Assembly: GCA_052326105.1 (NCBI GenBank)
Contig: JBKQRC010000002.1
Coordinates: forward strand, 11,178-75,177
Source: Candidatus Sulfotelmatobacter sp.
Lineage (GTDB): Bacteria > Acidobacteriota > Terriglobia > Terriglobales > Acidobacteriaceae
Direction: 5' to 3'
DNA length: 64,000 nucleotides
The position numbers were made by a program, and so were the translations under genes. Below are positions 1-9,062 of this stretch, one piece after another. Every line of letters begins with the position of its first letter. Positions within the stretch are counted from its first letter, which is position 1. A model generated the notes under the pieces. That model had not been told where the DNA came from and ran no database searches. It was given only the letters and a program-made list of their open reading frames with translations.

Positions 1-578
1 AGTTGTGTCGCCGCGTCGCCCTGCGTGATCAATCCAGCAGCCAGGTCTTTCTTAATGTTGGACTCCACTTCCTTGAGGTCCGCCAGCACTTTCTGCGTTT
101 TCAGATTGTCGGCCTGCTTTTGCTGGTCCAGTGTTGCGAGCTCCGGGCCGGTGGCACGATTGTGTGCGCGCTCCCGCGCAATGGCGGCCTGTAATTCAGG
201 TTGCAATTCCAGCAGAGCACCACGGTGTTTCTTCATCTCGGCCAGACCACTGTTCAGTTTTGCTGTGTCCACCTTCAGATCTTCGATGGTCTGCTGGCTG
301 GTCACCAGCTTTTCCCGGAAGTCGAGACTCTTCTCGTCCGCGGCAGAGAGAATGACCGGCGCACCCCACGAGCTGTTCACCGCATAAAAGCCCATTACAA
401 AGGCGTAGATGATGATGCCGGCCAGCACGAGATACAGCACGATAATCGCAAAGATCCGGTAGAGCGTAATCACCAGCTTGTAATGCAGTGATTGCCGGGC
501 GGGAGCTTTCCTGGGTTCGGAAATAACCGCTTCAACTTTGGTTTCGCGAGGAAGCGACTCAACTGGTGGCGTTGCCAA
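1..578 (-). CDS. membrane-anchored coiled-coil protein, HlyD/membrane-fusion-like (partial; 3' end runs off the left edge)
   Basis: The reverse-strand frame is open from about 578 to the window edge; it is absent from the ORF track because there is no stop in the window. My translation gives ...KLVITLYRIFAIIVLYLVLAGIIIYAFVMGFYAV (TM helix) followed by a long coiled-coil-like stretch (EKLVTSQQTIEDLKVDTAKLNSGLAEMKK...LDQQKQADNLKTQKVLADLKEVE). It overlaps the stop of the upstream GT2 gene. The start codon is uncertain (TTG near 578). Confidence 0.55.
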   Translation of the reverse strand, partial: MATPPVESLPRETKVEAVISEPRKAPARQSLHYKLVITLYRIFAIIVLYLVLAGIIIYAFVMGFYAVNSSWGAPVILSAADEKSLDFREKLVTSQQTIEDLKVDTAKLNSGLAEMKKHRGALLELQPELQAAIARERAHNRATGPELATLDQQKQADNLKTQKVLADLKEVESNIKKDLAAGLITQGDAATQ

Positions 579-1821
579 GGGACACCTCTTGTTGTTCTTT
601 GGTTCGAGTTCCCCAGTCTGCCGAGTCCATCGTGCACAAGGCCAGGGGCGTGAGAAACAGGCTGCTGACGAGTGACCATGCTACATAAGCGCCAAAGGCA
701 AGTGGGTGGGTAACCGCTTCTTTCGCGCTATATTTCTTGATTACCCAGGTAAGCACAGCTCCAATCGCAAGCGCGGTGATCAAAGGAATCGGCCCAGCCC
801 ACGCCAGTGGGTCCGACGTAAGCGCGGTCACTACCACCAGAAATCCGACCAGCGCTCCCACCGGAGTCAGGACCAGCGTCAGCACCGTGTTGGGGTGCAG
901 CTTCCAGACATGTTGCGGCAGCGTTTTCAAAGTAAAAAAGAAGTCGCGCACGATGCTGCGCCGCCAGCGGAGTTGCTGCTTGAACAGCACCGAAAGCGTG
1001 GTCGGCACCGTGGTCCAGCACAGTGCGTCATTGTTGATGTAAGTTCCGTAACCCCGCAGCAACGTCTGATGAGTCAGGAACCGGTCTTCTCCCTGATTCA
1101 CCGGAATCCCGAACCAGTTGCGCGCGCGGATGGAAGGTTCGATCTCCAGCAGCAATTGGCGCCGGATGGCGAACAGGCATCCGCTGATGCAGCACACACT
1201 GCGAGTCCAGTTCTCGGGAATCTTGTAAAGCTCAAATGCGGAGTAGTAGACCACGGTCTGAATGGCGGTGATTACGCTGTCGTTCGGATTTCTGACTCCC
1301 ACTCTGCCGCCTACCGATCCCATGCGCGGCTCGCCGAAGCAGGCAGTCAGCTCCCGAATCGCCTGCGGATGGAAGATGCAATCCGAATCAATCGAGATGA
1401 TGATCTCCGCCGTGGAGAGCTGCAGCGCATTGCAGACGGAGCGCGCCTTTCCGCTGTTCACCTCATTTCGCCCGGTCCTTACGCGAATGTTGGTGAAGTC
1501 GCGCTGCGCTTTGAGCATCCATTCGTAGCTGTCGTCGACCGAGCAGTCGTCCTGTGCGATCACCTCAAACTTGTCGTTCGGATAGTTGCTCTTGCTGATG
1601 CTCTCGATCGTTTCGTAGACCGTCTTACCCTCGTTGAAGCAGGGCATGAGCACGCTCACCGTTGGCTCGTAGGTGTAATCCTTCTTGGCCTTTGTGCCGG
1701 GGAAAGAAAACCTCATGATGATCCCCATCAAATACTTGACCACGGAGATCAACAGGCACAGCACCAGGATGAGCCAGAAAAGGATGGGAGCCATGACCGC
1801 CCGCGCCTCCAGAATTCGCAC
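559..1821 (-). CDS. family 2 glycosyltransferase, processive synthase type (NodC/hyaluronan/PNAG-synthase-like)
   Basis: 420 aa ORF. It has an N-terminal TM helix, a GT2 core (VLMPCFNEG, QDDCSVDDS, SIDSDC, QGEDR), a Q-x-x-R-W motif (FKQQLRWRRS) and several C-terminal TM helices. Confidence 0.9.
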   Translation of the reverse strand: MRILEARAVMAPILFWLILVLCLLISVVKYLMGIIMRFSFPGTKAKKDYTYEPTVSVLMPCFNEGKTVYETIESISKSNYPNDKFEVIAQDDCSVDDSYEWMLKAQRDFTNIRVRTGRNEVNSGKARSVCNALQLSTAEIIISIDSDCIFHPQAIRELTACFGEPRMGSVGGRVGVRNPNDSVITAIQTVVYYSAFELYKIPENWTRSVCCISGCLFAIRRQLLLEIEPSIRARNWFGIPVNQGEDRFLTHQTLLRGYGTYINNDALCWTTVPTTLSVLFKQQLRWRRSIVRDFFFTLKTLPQHVWKLHPNTVLTLVLTPVGALVGFLVVVTALTSDPLAWAGPIPLITALAIGAVLTWVIKKYSAKEAVTHPLAFGAYVAWSLVSSLFLTPLALCTMDSADWGTRTKEQQEVSLGNATS

Positions 1822-1896
1822 AATATCACAACCGGGGCGGTGCCTGAATTCAGGAAAACAATGCCCACAGTGGACGGAGCAGAACTGGAGAACGAC

Positions 1897-2976
1897 TCAG
1901 AAGATGTGCATCTTGATGCTCAGGTACTTCTTGGGGTTTTCGCGGATCCCCTTCACCAGATCGCGCGTCTCGATCAGCGCCTGGTTGGCGTTGTTGAACA
2001 GGGAGTCGTCCTTGAACATCCGGCCGACCGTACCCTGCCCCGCTTCCAGTTCCGTGGTCAACTCGGAAAGCTTGGTGATGGTGGTGTCGAGTTTCTTGGC
2101 CAGTTCCTCATCCCGGGTCAGCTTGCCCAGCGTTCCCTTCCCTGCATTGATGTCTTCGGTCAGCTTCTTGATGTTGGCAACGGTGTCGTTGGCGTTGTCG
2201 TAGAGCGATGGATCCTTCACGAACTTGCCCGCTGTGCCCTTGCCCTGCTGGATGTCATCGATGACTGCGTTCATCTTGTCGAGCGTGGCCAGGAACTTAT
2301 CGTAGGCGTCGTTGCGGCTGATCAGCGCGCCCAGACTGCCCTGCCCGCTGCTCACCTGTTCCACGATCTTCTGAAACTCCGCCACGGTGACTGAGAAGCG
2401 GTTGTAGAGCGTGGGATCGTAAATCAACTTGCCCAGGGATCCCTTGCCGCTCTCGGCGAAAGCCAGAATGCGGTCGGCGCGCTTCAACAGCGCGTCCATA
2501 TTCTGCAGCGTGCCCTGGCTGGCGCGCACCACCTGGTTGAAATCCGGATGCACCTGCGTGGGCAGGATGTCCCCGTTCCGCGCCTCCGAACCAACTGCTT
2601 GTGAGCTGTCAATATCGAGGTAGGTTTCGCCCAGCACGCCCGCCGTGTCGAGTGAGATCTCCGAATCCCGGCGTAGACCGTAGATGTATTTTGTGCTCAC
2701 CTTCATAGTGACTTCGACGGGAGTGAGCTGTTTGTCCTTGTCGGGAACAATGAGGATCCTCGTCACGTTTCCGATATCCACGCCGCTCAGGCGCACGGGA
2801 GCCCCCTCGCGCAGACCTTGGGCGTTATCGAAAAATGCATGGATCGTGATGCGAGTAGTAAATAGCCCGGCCGTGTTGGACATCAGAAACAGCAGCAACG
2901 CCAGGACCAGGCCGGCCACGATTACCGTGATCCCGACCCGGAGCTCCGACCACTTGAGCTGCTTCTGACTAGGCAA
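1897..2976 (-). CDS. MlaD/MCE-domain protein
   Basis: 359 aa ORF. An N-terminal TM helix is followed by an MCE fold signature (GLREGAPVRLSGVDIGNVT...ISLDTAGVLGETYLDI) and about five tandem ~35-aa GKG(S/T)LGKL...D(P)SLY repeats. Confidence 0.9.
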   Translation of the reverse strand: MPSQKQLKWSELRVGITVIVAGLVLALLLFLMSNTAGLFTTRITIHAFFDNAQGLREGAPVRLSGVDIGNVTRILIVPDKDKQLTPVEVTMKVSTKYIYGLRRDSEISLDTAGVLGETYLDIDSSQAVGSEARNGDILPTQVHPDFNQVVRASQGTLQNMDALLKRADRILAFAESGKGSLGKLIYDPTLYNRFSVTVAEFQKIVEQVSSGQGSLGALISRNDAYDKFLATLDKMNAVIDDIQQGKGTAGKFVKDPSLYDNANDTVANIKKLTEDINAGKGTLGKLTRDEELAKKLDTTITKLSELTTELEAGQGTVGRMFKDDSLFNNANQALIETRDLVKGIRENPKKYLSIKMHIF

Positions 2977-3078
2977 CGTTTTTCCTCAAAACGCGAGCCG
3001 ACCGCGGCCACAGTTGGGGATCAAGTATATCTTCTGGCGGCACGCCCACGGCAGAATGATAACAAACCGGAGGCAGCT

Positions 3079-5478
3079 CTAGGCCGCTTTTGTGCGCAGG
3101 ACCGGCATCAGTCCCAGCGCCATGAGATACGCGCCCGCTCCGCATGCCAGCGTAGCCGTCAAGCCGAATTGGATCGCGATCAGCATGGCCAGCACCGATC
3201 CCAGCACGCTGGCCGCCGCGTTCATGGCCCAGGCCCACTCCACCGCATTTTTGTTGCCGTCTTGCCCGGCGCGCGAATCCGCAGCCGCAGCCAGGGCGCG
3301 CAACCCCGTCGGGAATGGCATCCCCATGACGAAGCCCAGCGGGATCAGAAGCGCGCCGCTCACCAGCAGCCGGTATCCGAAGGCCAGCCCGATTAGTCCC
3401 GCCAGACGGCTGGGGAGGAAGAACACATACACCAGAAGCGTCGCGATCACCAGCGTTAGCGGCAGCCAGCCCATTTCCGTGCGCGGCAGCCAGAGCCGCG
3501 AGAACAGGCTCCCTGCCCCGCTCGAAAGCAGCAAAAGGAAAATCACCACGGTGAGAGCGTATGTGGGATGTCCGAGGAACAACACGAAGCGCTGGATGAA
3601 TGCGATCTCCACCAGAATGTAGCCCAGTCCCACCGCCACGAAATAAAACAAGGGGAGCGGCGATTGGCGGCCTCTTCTGGCTTTCAACGCCAGGGGCAGA
3701 ACCAGAAACGCTACTACGGCACAGAGAGAAATGATCAGCACCAGAAACAGCACCAGCACACCGAGATTGACCTTCCAGTCGATTCCGGTGCGCAGGCCTT
3801 TCTCGCTGAGAATCTGACCCACCTTGAGGGTGAAAAAGAAAAACGGCGCGTTGTCGCTGACTGGCGACACGTTATAGGCGTAGCTTCGAGCAAAAGCGTA
3901 AGGATCGTTGCTGGCAATCAACTCGGAAAAAGGATTCTTGCCGGGCCGCGACGGCAGATAAAGCGGCGTAATGTTATCGTAGTCGTCCAGATAGTTACCG
4001 ACCGTTTCTTCTTCCTCTTCGGTGAACGGCGTCTTCTTCGCCAGCACCACGACCGGGATTCCGTCTTCGTCGAGTTCTCCCTGCGATGCGACCACGAAAT
4101 GCCGCGCCGGATTAGTCACTCCCAGCCGATGCAGCGCTTCCATGGCGACCGCGACCACGCGCAGCGCCTCGCGGGGATGGCGGAATTCCCAGCGCGTGAT
4201 GGCAATCATGCCATCCGGCTTGAGATGCTCGAAATATTCCCGGAAGGCCTCGACCGTGTACAGATTGTTCTCGCTGAGGGCAAACGCGCCCGCCGCCGTC
4301 GAAGCCCAGGTATCCACCAGCGTCATCTGCACCACATCGAACTTCTGCGACGCCGAACGCAGGAACGACCGCCCGTCGCTCACGTGAATATGCACTTCGG
4401 GCCGTTCATAGAGGTGCAGCGAGTAGTCGGCGTAACGCCCGCGCATGATGGTGGTGGCGATGATGGGATTGATTTCGATCCCGGTCACGTTCGGACTGCC
4501 GCTCGCCACCGCGCGCAGTACGTCAACTCCGCCGCCCGGACCGATGATGGCGAACTCTCCGTGCGGCCGCAGCGCGTTGGCCAGAGCCGGCGGAGCGGAC
4601 ATGAGATCGTATTCCCAATCCGTGCCCTTCCAGTGCGCCAGGTCCGCATTCATGATGTAAGTGTTGGCGTCGGCATCAATCACGATCGCCTTGGCCCATC
4701 CCTGCCGATCCACTTCCACGCGCGAGATCGCATTCCAGCGCGCAAACTCCACCCACGCCGGATCGCGGAACATGCCCTTGGCGTAAACCACGTCGATGAG
4801 ACGGCCGGAATAATTCGCCCCGATCAGCGCCACCAGCGCCAGGGCCAGCAGAGCCGCATTCCGGCGCACAGTTCGAACTTCGGCCCAGATCATCCCGGCA
4901 ACGGCCAGCGCCACGCCTGAAACCAGGATCGCATTCGGCCCGCCTAGCCAGTTCAGCACCGGCACGATCGCCAGACAGGCCAGCGCTCCGCCGCACAGGT
5001 CTGCGCCGTAGAGACGCGCAATGCGATGCGTCTCCCGCGCAAACACCACCGAGAACAACAGTCCGGTGAGGAAGAACGGCACAGCAGCAGCCAGATAGAT
5101 CGCGGTCAGCCACAGGAAGTTTTTCGCGGAAACCGCCAGCGTGACTCGCCCATGCAGCACGATTTCCAGCACCACCACCACGACCAGCGAATTCGCCATG
5201 CACAGCCGCGCGGCCAGCGCTCGCGTCTCTGTCTCTGCCAGCCGGACCTTCAGCAGATATGCGATCACGCCACCAGCGCCCAGTCCGAGCAGCGCGATCG
5301 AAATCGCGAGAAAGGCAAAGTGATAGAAGAGCACGACCGAAAACAGGCGCGTCAGCCCAAGTTCGAGCAGCAGAGCGGCGAAGCTGGTGAGGGCAAGACC
5401 GGCCAGCAGGGTCTTATCCGGGATGTCAGTCCGAGTCGTACCGGAAGCGGAGATGGGAGTCGCAACGGTGACGGACAT
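3079..5478 (-). CDS. polytopic membrane protein fused to a spermidine/spermine-synthase-like methyltransferase-fold domain
   Basis: 799 aa ORF. It has about 7 TM helices N-terminally, a central soluble domain with IIGPGGGVDVLRAV...VTGIEINP...DVVQMTLVD (aminopropyl/methyltransferase fold), then more TM helices. Confidence 0.85.
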   Translation of the reverse strand: MSVTVATPISASGTTRTDIPDKTLLAGLALTSFAALLLELGLTRLFSVVLFYHFAFLAISIALLGLGAGGVIAYLLKVRLAETETRALAARLCMANSLVVVVVLEIVLHGRVTLAVSAKNFLWLTAIYLAAAVPFFLTGLLFSVVFARETHRIARLYGADLCGGALACLAIVPVLNWLGGPNAILVSGVALAVAGMIWAEVRTVRRNAALLALALVALIGANYSGRLIDVVYAKGMFRDPAWVEFARWNAISRVEVDRQGWAKAIVIDADANTYIMNADLAHWKGTDWEYDLMSAPPALANALRPHGEFAIIGPGGGVDVLRAVASGSPNVTGIEINPIIATTIMRGRYADYSLHLYERPEVHIHVSDGRSFLRSASQKFDVVQMTLVDTWASTAAGAFALSENNLYTVEAFREYFEHLKPDGMIAITRWEFRHPREALRVVAVAMEALHRLGVTNPARHFVVASQGELDEDGIPVVVLAKKTPFTEEEEETVGNYLDDYDNITPLYLPSRPGKNPFSELIASNDPYAFARSYAYNVSPVSDNAPFFFFTLKVGQILSEKGLRTGIDWKVNLGVLVLFLVLIISLCAVVAFLVLPLALKARRGRQSPLPLFYFVAVGLGYILVEIAFIQRFVLFLGHPTYALTVVIFLLLLSSGAGSLFSRLWLPRTEMGWLPLTLVIATLLVYVFFLPSRLAGLIGLAFGYRLLVSGALLIPLGFVMGMPFPTGLRALAAAADSRAGQDGNKNAVEWAWAMNAAASVLGSVLAMLIAIQFGLTATLACGAGAYLMALGLMPVLRTKAA

Positions 5479-5665
5479 AGTTGGGGTAGACGCGCCAGTC
5501 TAGCAGACGGGGCGAACGGAGAGGAACGAACTTCTGATATCGGCCTGTTAACCACAGACATTGGCGACAATGGTCGCGGACACTGTAGCCCGACCGGTCA
5601 GAACCTGTGAGTTCGTAGAATTGTATGATTCGAGTGATTGGCGGCCCCAATCCTGGAGGATGGCG

Positions 5666-6781
5666 ATGTCGACGTTTACGCGGCGTCAATTCAATCAGAC
5701 CCTGACGGCAGCTATTGGCTCGGGCTTGCACCCCGGTGTGCTGGGGGTTAGCTCATCAGCGGGGATGCAACCACCGACTTCAGCCGGATCCATTACCGAC
5801 GTGCCGGGCATCAAAGCCGCTCATTCAACAGACTCGCGCCGGCCTACGGGCTGCACCGCGTTGCTCTTCGAGGGCAAAGTTACCGCCGGTGTGGACTACG
5901 ATGGCTCGGCCCCCGGCTCACATTTGGGTGTCTTGCTTCAACCGGTCAGTCCAATTGACGCGATCCATGGAATTCTGTTGGCCGGTGGAGGACCCCTCGG
6001 CCTGTCGGCCGTCCCAGGAGCGGTTCGCTACCTGGAGGAGCACAAGATCGGACTAGATTGGGGAATCCCCGGGGTTCGAATTCCGATTGTTGTGGGCGCG
6101 GTGATTGACGACTTGTCGCTGGGAGACGGGAGAATTCGCCCGGACGCGGACGCCGGCTACAGGGCCTGCAGCGCGGCCACCTCGGCGCAACTTGAAGAAG
6201 GCAATGTTGGCGCGGGGGCAGGGGCGACGGTTGGAAAAATGCTGAAAGACGCGGGTTACAAGGGAATGAAGTCCGGCCTCGGCACCTCCAGCCTTCGGCT
6301 TGGTGACGTCGTTATCGGCGCGCTGGTGGTGGCCAATGCGGTCGGTGATATCGTGGACCGGCACACTGGGAAAATCGTTGCGGGAGCGATCCGGCCGGAT
6401 GGCAAGGGATTCGCCAATCTCAGTGAAACGCTCAAGCAGCTGGCCTCACGTTCAGTTTCCTCCTCCTTAGCCCTCAACGATGTGCCATTGCGCAGCACAA
6501 CGCTGGTGGTGGTTGCAACCAACGTCTCTTTCACCAAGACCGAGCTGACCGAGATTGCCATGATGGCCTCGACCGGGGCGGCGCGAGCCATCAATCCTTA
6601 CCATACGAATGGCGACGGTGACTCCACTTTTGCGGTTTCAACCAACAAGATACGTTCCGACCTCGGGATTTCTATGATTGGGGCATTGGCCGCGGACTTG
6701 GTCTCCGAAACTGTGGTTCGCGCCGTCACCTGCAGCAAGTCGGTTGAAGGCTGGCTGGCTGCCCGTGATTTGCAGTTCTAG
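5666..6781 (+). CDS. P1/S58 (DmpA/BapA-type) aminopeptidase family protein with Tat-like signal
   Basis: The ORF track gives 5561..6781. An internal MAMSTFTRRQFNQTLTAAIGSG is Tat-signal-like and is preceded by GGAGG at 5655-5659. Motifs ITDVPGIKAAH, PTGCTALLF, GVDYDGSAPGS and LLAGGGPLGL are typical of the DmpA family. The start could be 5660 or 5666. Confidence 0.8.
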   Translation: MSTFTRRQFNQTLTAAIGSGLHPGVLGVSSSAGMQPPTSAGSITDVPGIKAAHSTDSRRPTGCTALLFEGKVTAGVDYDGSAPGSHLGVLLQPVSPIDAIHGILLAGGGPLGLSAVPGAVRYLEEHKIGLDWGIPGVRIPIVVGAVIDDLSLGDGRIRPDADAGYRACSAATSAQLEEGNVGAGAGATVGKMLKDAGYKGMKSGLGTSSLRLGDVVIGALVVANAVGDIVDRHTGKIVAGAIRPDGKGFANLSETLKQLASRSVSSSLALNDVPLRSTTLVVVATNVSFTKTELTEIAMMASTGAARAINPYHTNGDGDSTFAVSTNKIRSDLGISMIGALAADLVSETVVRAVTCSKSVEGWLAARDLQF

Positions 6782-7137
6782 TTTTGCGTTGGCTGGCTGG
6801 CGTGTTCGAGGCGTTTCATTCCGGGAAAAATTCGGGGGTTGGGGATACCCCCTCCCCCCCCATCCCTGGGAAGCCTTGACTGGCGCGGGTTGCACTGCCT
6901 CCGCTTTGACCATGTTCTGCTCTCTTGGCTGTGAATGGCAAGGTCAGATGTCACAGGATGGGAGCGGTCGCTGTGGATTTCGGAGGGGAAGTATGGGCAG
7001 CTGGGAAACGCAAGTCTGGGTATCCGAGGCGCCCACGCACCTTATTCACTTCAATGGTGCTAAGTTCCCAGGGCCTCAAATCGATTAGCGCGTTCCGACT
7101 TCAGCAGGTTCTCGGTAGCTAAGCGGCGAAATAGGAA

Positions 7138-8892
7138 CTACAAAGCGGATTCCTTAGGAATGCGCCGTTGTGCCGTTGCGTTCGAGATTGCCGCCCGCCC
7201 CAGCAGCACACCGTCCACAACATCCTCCACACGCGCGCGCAGCCAGCGGTTGGGCTCGTGACGCCCTCGCACATGCAGCTTCAGGTAGTTGTCAGTGAGG
7301 GCTTCGGTGAAGGGGAGAACCGAGATTTCTCGCTCGTCGTCGCCGCGCTTGAGCGCGGCTTCCGACGGCTCGGAATGACAATGGGAGGAAGATTCGCGGG
7401 CGGGAGCGGCAGCGCTGGACGTGCCCGCATCACCGTCGCCCGCGCCACACGTACTTCTCAGCGTGATGGCTTCAATTTCTTTGCCGACGAAGCTGCGCGT
7501 GAATGCCAGCTTTTTCTCTGCGGCCAACTGGCGCAAGAGACGGTTGCGCTCGCGGGCTGTGTGCACCGGAACCTGATTCGGAATGCTTGCGGCGGGAGTG
7601 CCGGGGCGGGGCGAGTAGGTGAAGACGTGCAGGTAGGTGAAGGGCAAGTCTTCGATCATGCGGCGCGTGGCTTCGAACTCGGCCTCGGTCTCGCCGGGGA
7701 ATCCGACCATCACGTCGGCGCCGATGGCCGCGGTGGGCATGGCGGCGTGAATCTTCTCAATCTTTTCGCGATAGTGCCAGGGCCGGTACTTGCGATGCAT
7801 GCGGCGCAACACGGCGTCGCTCGCGGATTGCATGGGCACGTGTGCGTGCTTCGCAATGCGCGGAGATCCGGCGACAAGGGAGATCAGGTCGTCGGCCCAA
7901 TCCATCGGCTCGACCGAAGAGATGCGGAGTTTTTCGACGGAGGTCTCGGCGAGGATGGCGCGAATGAGCGACGCCAGTCGTTGGTCGTTCGTCGTTGGTC
8001 GTTGGCGAGACTTGCTGGGGCCGGACGTCTGAGGTCTGAGGTCCGAGGGCTGAGGTCTGAGGTCTCTTCCCCATCTGCCCAGATTGATGCCGCTGAGGAC
8101 GACCTCGCGATAGCCGGCTTCGACCAGCGCTCGTACTTCGCCAATGATGCGGTCGATTCCAAGAGAGCGGCTCTGGCCCCGGACGTACGGAATTACGCAG
8201 AAAGAACAGCGGTTATCGCAGCCGTCCTGCACCTTGAGATTGGGACGCGTGCGTTCGTTGGCGGCGTCGAAGACGGGAGCGGCCAGGAGCTCGGTGTGGG
8301 CGAAGATGTCGGAAACGAAGATCGGTCGTCGGTCGTTGGTCCCTTCGCTCCGCTCAGGGCGGGCTAAGTACGGTCGTTCGCTATTGACCGCCGACAATTC
8401 ATGCGGCCAGGTCACTGAATCGAGGGAAACAAACGTGTTTGCGGAGTGAGCCGTCGAGCTGCGCTCGACCGGACAGCCGAGGGCCTGCCCTGAGCTTACC
8501 GAAGGGGCAGCTGTCCCCACATGACTGTTCTTTCGGATACGCGTCAGGGCGATCCCTGCTAGTTCGTGCTTGTGCGAATTCCCAACAACGCAACTCACTC
8601 CCGGCAGGGCAGCGACTTCTCTCGGAGCGCGTTGGGCATAGCAGCCGGTGACGACGATGCGGGCTTCAGGATTTTGACGCTGAATGCGGCGGATGGCCGC
8701 GCGCGCATCCTGATCGGCGGCAGCGGTCACCGTGCAAGTGTTCAGCACGACAATCGCGGCCTGTCCCGGAGTTGGAGCGCGAGTGACACCAAGTTCCTCG
8801 AACTGGCGTTCGAGAGCGGCGCCGTCGGCTTGGGTCGCACGGCAACCGAAATTCTCTACGTAGTATCCCGACACATCCCTATGGTAGCGCAC
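7138..8892 (-). CDS. mtaB: MiaB/RimO-family radical SAM methylthiotransferase, probably MtaB, carrying in-frame repeat-derived insertions
   Basis: 584 aa ORF. It has an N-terminal YVENFGCRATQAD, NTCTVT, the radical SAM motif GCDNRCSFCVIPYVRG, and a C-terminal TRAM-like end. It is about 130 aa longer than I expect for this family, with low-complexity inserts that match intergenic repeats (see findings). Confidence 0.8.
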   Translation of the reverse strand: MRYHRDVSGYYVENFGCRATQADGAALERQFEELGVTRAPTPGQAAIVVLNTCTVTAAADQDARAAIRRIQRQNPEARIVVTGCYAQRAPREVAALPGVSCVVGNSHKHELAGIALTRIRKNSHVGTAAPSVSSGQALGCPVERSSTAHSANTFVSLDSVTWPHELSAVNSERPYLARPERSEGTNDRRPIFVSDIFAHTELLAAPVFDAANERTRPNLKVQDGCDNRCSFCVIPYVRGQSRSLGIDRIIGEVRALVEAGYREVVLSGINLGRWGRDLRPQPSDLRPQTSGPSKSRQRPTTNDQRLASLIRAILAETSVEKLRISSVEPMDWADDLISLVAGSPRIAKHAHVPMQSASDAVLRRMHRKYRPWHYREKIEKIHAAMPTAAIGADVMVGFPGETEAEFEATRRMIEDLPFTYLHVFTYSPRPGTPAASIPNQVPVHTARERNRLLRQLAAEKKLAFTRSFVGKEIEAITLRSTCGAGDGDAGTSSAAAPARESSSHCHSEPSEAALKRGDDEREISVLPFTEALTDNYLKLHVRGRHEPNRWLRARVEDVVDGVLLGRAAISNATAQRRIPKESAL

Positions 8893-8930
8893 CCGGCCGG
8901 AACCGAGCAGCCAGAGGGCGGGTCAAACCT

Positions 8931-9005
8931 TCGCTTCGTCAGGCCTAGCCTCGTCAACCCTAGCCTCGTCAACCATGGCCTCGTCAACTCTGGCTTCGTC
9001 AAAGC
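8931..9005. repeat. tandem repeat, 15-bp unit x5 (consensus about tagcctcgtcaaccn)
   Basis: Read directly: tcgcttcgtcaggcc / tagcctcgtcaaccc / tagcctcgtcaacca / tggcctcgtcaactc / tggcttcgtcaaagc. It lies between the mtaB-like start and the zinc-ribbon gene stop. Confidence 0.85.
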
Positions 9006-9062
9006 TGGGCCTGCCGCCGCGCCCGCCAACCGCCTCACCTCAGCGGCACCACGGGAACGAGG

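Noticed and set aside
706-2394. 562-aa plus-strand ORF spanning the GT2 and MlaD genes
   Set aside because: It is antisense to two well-recognised genes. Its composition (R/H/Q/G/D-rich, no recognisable motifs) is typical of mirror-frame ORFs in GC-rich DNA.
3568-4920. 450-aa plus-strand ORF
   Set aside because: It is antisense to the spermidine-synthase-like membrane protein. It is Arg/His-rich with low complexity and no family resemblance.
6073-6084. tRNA T-arm-like string ggttcgaattcc
   Set aside because: It lies inside the S58 peptidase CDS, and I could not fold a flanking acceptor or anticodon stem. I saw no other tRNA-like cloverleaf in the intergenic regions.
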